A stretch of 64,000 nt of DNA from an uncultured Spirochaetota bacterium (GTDB lineage Bacteria; Spirochaetota; Spirochaetia; SZUA-6; CAVTHK01). Every line of letters starts with the position of its first letter. Position 1 is the first letter of the stretch. The stretch covers positions 802,442 through 866,441 of the forward strand of contig CAVTHK010000001.1 of NCBI GenBank assembly GCA_963734495.1. The letters are read 5' to 3'. The notes beneath the pieces are model-generated. The model was not told the origin of the DNA and made no database searches. It saw nothing but the letters and a program-made list of their open reading frames with translations. Positions 60,546-64,000 of the stretch are shown piece after piece. A program made the translations under genes and the position numbers.

Positions 60546-61657
60546 GTGCTGCAGTCTGATCGGTACCTCGGCTGTCTGTACGGGATCGCCATAGGGGATG
60601 CTCTGGGCGCCCCTGTCGAGTTCACGCCGCTGGAGTCCATACGCAGCAAGTATGGGTTTGACGGCATCACCGACATGGTCCGAAGGTTCTATACCGACGA
60701 CACCCAGATGTCCCTGGCAACCGCAAACAGCCTCATCGATTTGCATGACGTCAGAGACCAGATAGACCAGTACAACCCTACTGTCTTCGCTCACCGCAGA
60801 TATCTGAAATGGTTGAAGACTCAAACTGATCTTTCTCAGAGAAGGAGCCCTGGGGGTACGTGTCTCAGTGCTTTGTCTGAAGGGAAGATGGGCACGATCG
60901 ACAATCCCATCAACAACAGCAAGGGAAATGGTGGGGTAATGCGTACAGCACCGGTTGGTCTGGCATTCTCATCTGGAGTCGCTTTTCGGTATGGAGCCGA
61001 GTTTGCTGCGACCACCCACGGCCATTCTTCCGGCTTTCTATCTGCAGGATTCATGTCAGAGATGATCTTCCATCTGAGTGAAGGAGCAGACCTGGAAACG
61101 GCGATCGCTCATTCCAGGGATGTTCTCGCCACATACAAGCACCACGAAGAAACCATCCAGAAGGTGAACGAAGGAATCGAGTTGTCCCAGTCCAGCCGTC
61201 CCGCTTTCATGGATGTGGAGACGATCGGGAAGGAACGAAAGGAGGAACCGGCGAAGAAGCCCTGGGGATCACGATCTATTGCGCGCTTCGGTTTCGCACG
61301 AACTGGCGGGCCGGGGTCCTCGCTGCAGTGAACCACTCCGGCGACAGCGACTCCACCGGCTCGATGACCGGTGCCGTGCTCGGCACTCTCCTGGGCATCC
61401 GAGCCATCCCCCACGCGTGGGTCCAGAAGGTCGAAGACTCCGCGTACATCCGGCAGATCGCCACCAAGCTGCATGAGTGTTACGGAAGTTCGAAGCTTGG
61501 TGCTCCCACGAGGCAAAACGTAAACGGGGTGTCTTCGATGGATATCGAGTGTCCTATCTGCGGATTCAAGCTGAAAGCTCCACGAGCAGGGAAGTTTAGG
61601 TGCTCCAAGTGCAAGCAGGTCTTCGAGCTCAAAGAAGACGGCACGTTCCGCCTGTAG
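60546..61657 (+). CDS. ADP-ribosylglycohydrolase with C-terminal zinc ribbon, copy 2 (one frameshift near 61240; start 60537 or 60546)
   Basis: [55 protein letters not shown]. Confidence 0.9.
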
Positions 61658-61711
61658 ACATGGAATAGACGCCCGGAATCACGTGGTACCATCACGGTGG
61701 GAGGAACGGAA

Positions 61712-62607
61712 GTGGACGAACAGAAGCGCGCGGAAGAGGCCATTAGCGCCACGTGGGAAATGCTGAGGGGAGCCTATCCTGACATCGACGGTCAACCGAA
61801 TCCGGCGGGTCAGGAGGTGAGACGACAGCTTAAGGAGTTGGTAGATCCCACCAAGCGGCATCGGATGATGGCCGGGCACTCTGCTGGAGCTACCGTAAGT
61901 CCCGTGCATCCCTTTGGTGGCCTCGAAACCATACGGAACGAGCATGAGTTGCCGTGGTCCTTCCTGAACGAGTGGATGATCCGTACTATGGTGAGATCGG
62001 TAGGGGCGACTACCCGTTCGTCAACCGCGAGGCCATCCCCAGGTTGCAGGAGGCAAAGGAACGAATCACAAAGGACACGATCAAGATGCTACTGGGCGAC
62101 TTCAACTGGAGAAGCCGAAGTGTTGGCGCCTTTTTCGCGGCCTTGACCAAGCAGTATGACCTCTTCCCGGTAGTCGGAAACATGCTTCTCCAAAGCGAGG
62201 TGTGCATAGCTGGGGACATGTACACAGTCGTGTTGGCGACACACAGTGCTGAGCTCTCTATGCCGGTCTATGTCGCGTATCTCAGATACTACTTGACGCA
62301 ACCGCAGTATGTCTTCCAGCAGGGCTCGGTGTACGCCGCCCTCTTGAGCCAGGCAAGGGGAAACAGAGACTACGCGGACATCATGGCCGAAATCGCAGAC
62401 TTGTGGAGTGAGTACGTGTCTGCCAGCCCAGTGCACGACCACTACAAGTCCGTGGACCTGCAGGAAACTGCCAGGCAATTCGACTCCGAGGTCGCCGTTC
62501 TCGTTCGACTGCGTGACAGCCCCGATTGGGAGCTGGATCAATTGAAGCTATGTCGCTTCATCTTGGGACTTAAAACACAGGGCAGGTGTCCTTGGGGTAG
62601 AGGATGA
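61712..62607 (+). CDS. DUF6000-like protein, copy 2 (frameshift near 61980)
   Basis: GTG with SD GGGAGG; HSAGATV..HPF, LLGDFNWRSRSVGAFF, LLQSEVCIAG, YLRYYLTQP..FQQ; paralogous to the N-terminus of 58684..60372. Confidence 0.75.
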
Positions 62608-62641
62608 CGCAATACGCTCCATCGTCGAAGAGGGATACAAA

Positions 62642-63467
62642 ATGAACCTACAGGCAAGGATGGTTGCCGCGTTCTGCGGGTTTATCGGCATAGCCTCCCT
62701 TGGCGCACAAGTGGAAACCGACAGGAGCTACAGTGGCAGAAGAGTACAGATGATAGACGCGCCACCCGTGGCTGAAGGAGTCAGAGGCGCTGAACAGACT
62801 GTCCAAGCAGTCGAGAATCTCATATCGGCTGAGGCCAGACCAACCCGAGCGCCAGGTGCTCAGCCAATGGCCGAACTGCCTCGTTTCCTTTCTGACCCGA
62901 CGAAGATTGACGCGGTGGAGAAACCTGGCGACTTCGACCCGAATCGATTCTTCTCGGTCCTCAAGCACCTGTCGATGGAGGAAGGGTTTGTCCTCGATTA
63001 CGTATATTCGGGCGGTTTCATGGGTGCGAGACCGTTCCTCTACGCACGACGTGCAACTGAGCAACCACTTGATCGTTGGGACCGTGAGCATGCTCCCGAC
63101 GCCTTGGTTCACGTCGTAACTGACGGCACGGCCGAAGGGTTCTTCAAGTTGACGATCCTACGTGTCATGGGCGAACAGTTCTATCTGTGGTGGCACGCCT
63201 TGCGCAACGAGGTCGAAGTGATCTGCGGTAGAGATTCTCGCGGTCAACCTACCAGCGCAGGTCAGGACCTATGTTGACGAGCACAGCAGCGATATCGCTC
63301 CAGTGGTGGCCCTGGGAAAGGACACCGCTCGCGTCGAGTTGTGCATCTTCACTCAGTTCAGGGGCTTGCTCCGTTTGACCTATGAGTGGAAGAGAATGTT
63401 TCCGCATTCGGTGGTGGTAGAGCGCCAGAACGTTCTTGTCTTCTATCAGAGCGGCATCAGATACTGA
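62642..63467 (+). CDS. Conserved hypothetical exported protein (frameshift near 63250)
   Basis: Signal peptide; FDPNRFF..LDYVY..QFYLWWHA, then shifted frame APVVALG..FTQFRG..FPH..YQSGIRY*. Confidence 0.65.
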
Positions 63468-63486
63468 AGGGAAGACGGCTTCGACG

Positions 63487-64000
63487 ATGACAGACCTCGT
63501 TGACATACGGACCCCGGACGAGATGGGAGGAATCCATGAAAAAGGGAGCACTCCTTGGCTGGCCGATGAGACCGCAGAGATTCTGTTCTACGAGTACCCG
63601 GCCAACGGCGAAGAGCTTCTGAAGGCAGCCGAACGGGATATGGCCGCGCATGTCTTGCGATTCAGCCAGGGCAGTGAAGACGTCCCAATTTACAGCAGGC
63701 GGATCTGGCAGTCCTTCTACGTAGAAGGAGTAGTTGAGGGAGTGGAGCCCGCGTTTGTGGTGCTGTCCGCTGCCAAGGAAGACGGAAACCCGAGCCACAC
63801 AGACCACTACGTCGTTCTCCCGGCATGCCTCTATTCGAGAAATTCGAGACCTGCCTTGACGTGAGGGGGGTACGTGTCGTCCTGGTAGACCCAGCCATGA
63901 CGGAGATCCTGTACTACCCGCACCCGGCCAACGGAGAGCGGCTTCTCGCGAAGCCCAGCCGCGAATAGCGACATGCCCTATTACTACGCAGCTTACATGA
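63487..64000 (+). CDS. Hypothetical protein(s) with a duplicated motif, frameshifted, may run off the window
   Basis: AEILFYEYPANGEELL (about 63574) recurs as TEILYYPHPANGERLL (about 63900) in another frame. Confidence 0.45.

Noticed and set aside
57858-61657. Duplicated ARH 3' regions as a diversity-generating retroelement TR/VR pair
   Set aside because: Differences involve all four bases and are often synonymous, both copies are coding paralogs, and no reverse transcriptase is in the window.
60546-61657. draG of a nitrogenase switch-off system
   Set aside because: No draT or nif genes in the window, and the zinc-ribbon tail and island context do not fit.
58658-62642. Integron cassette array in the low-GC island
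   Set aside because: No attC-like inverted core sites recognised between genes; only a 9-nt CAATACGCT match (about 60458 and 62610), too short to support.

Overview
High-GC (roughly 70% by eye) bacterial sequence, most likely from a member of the Spirochaetota. This is inferred from a spirochaete-type STAS-zinc-ribbon domain and spirochaete-style solute-binding-protein N-termini. Positions 1-42 kb hold housekeeping and catabolic genes: cysK, SGNH hydrolases, DUF362/4Fe-4S, msrA, YbaK, a Ser/Thr kinase, SbcD/SbcC-like genes, a diguanylate cyclase, two URO-D-like proteins, a sulfatase, a NitT/TauT ABC transporter, MNT-HEPN, a xanthine-dehydrogenase-family operon with MoaD, dehydrogenases and a sugar ABC transporter. 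Many carry single-base frameshifts that look like long-read errors. From about 42 kb the window is a mosaic accessory region: gene remnants, a methyltransferase::HigB chimera next to intact higA, and three relics of one IS91-family element, two of which flank a tctCBA-sulfatase-gntR-DUF3604 cassette in the same orientation. An abrupt junction at about 57,857 leads into a lower-GC island, which is the best candidate for an undescribed system. It is a ~3 kb tandemly duplicated unit of ADP-ribosylglycohydrolase-zinc ribbon plus DUF6000-like protein. One DUF6000 protein is fused to a zinc ribbon, a STAS domain whose phospho-Ser position appears to be Asp, and a further zinc ribbon. Family assignments come from motif recognition by eye; no database searches were run.
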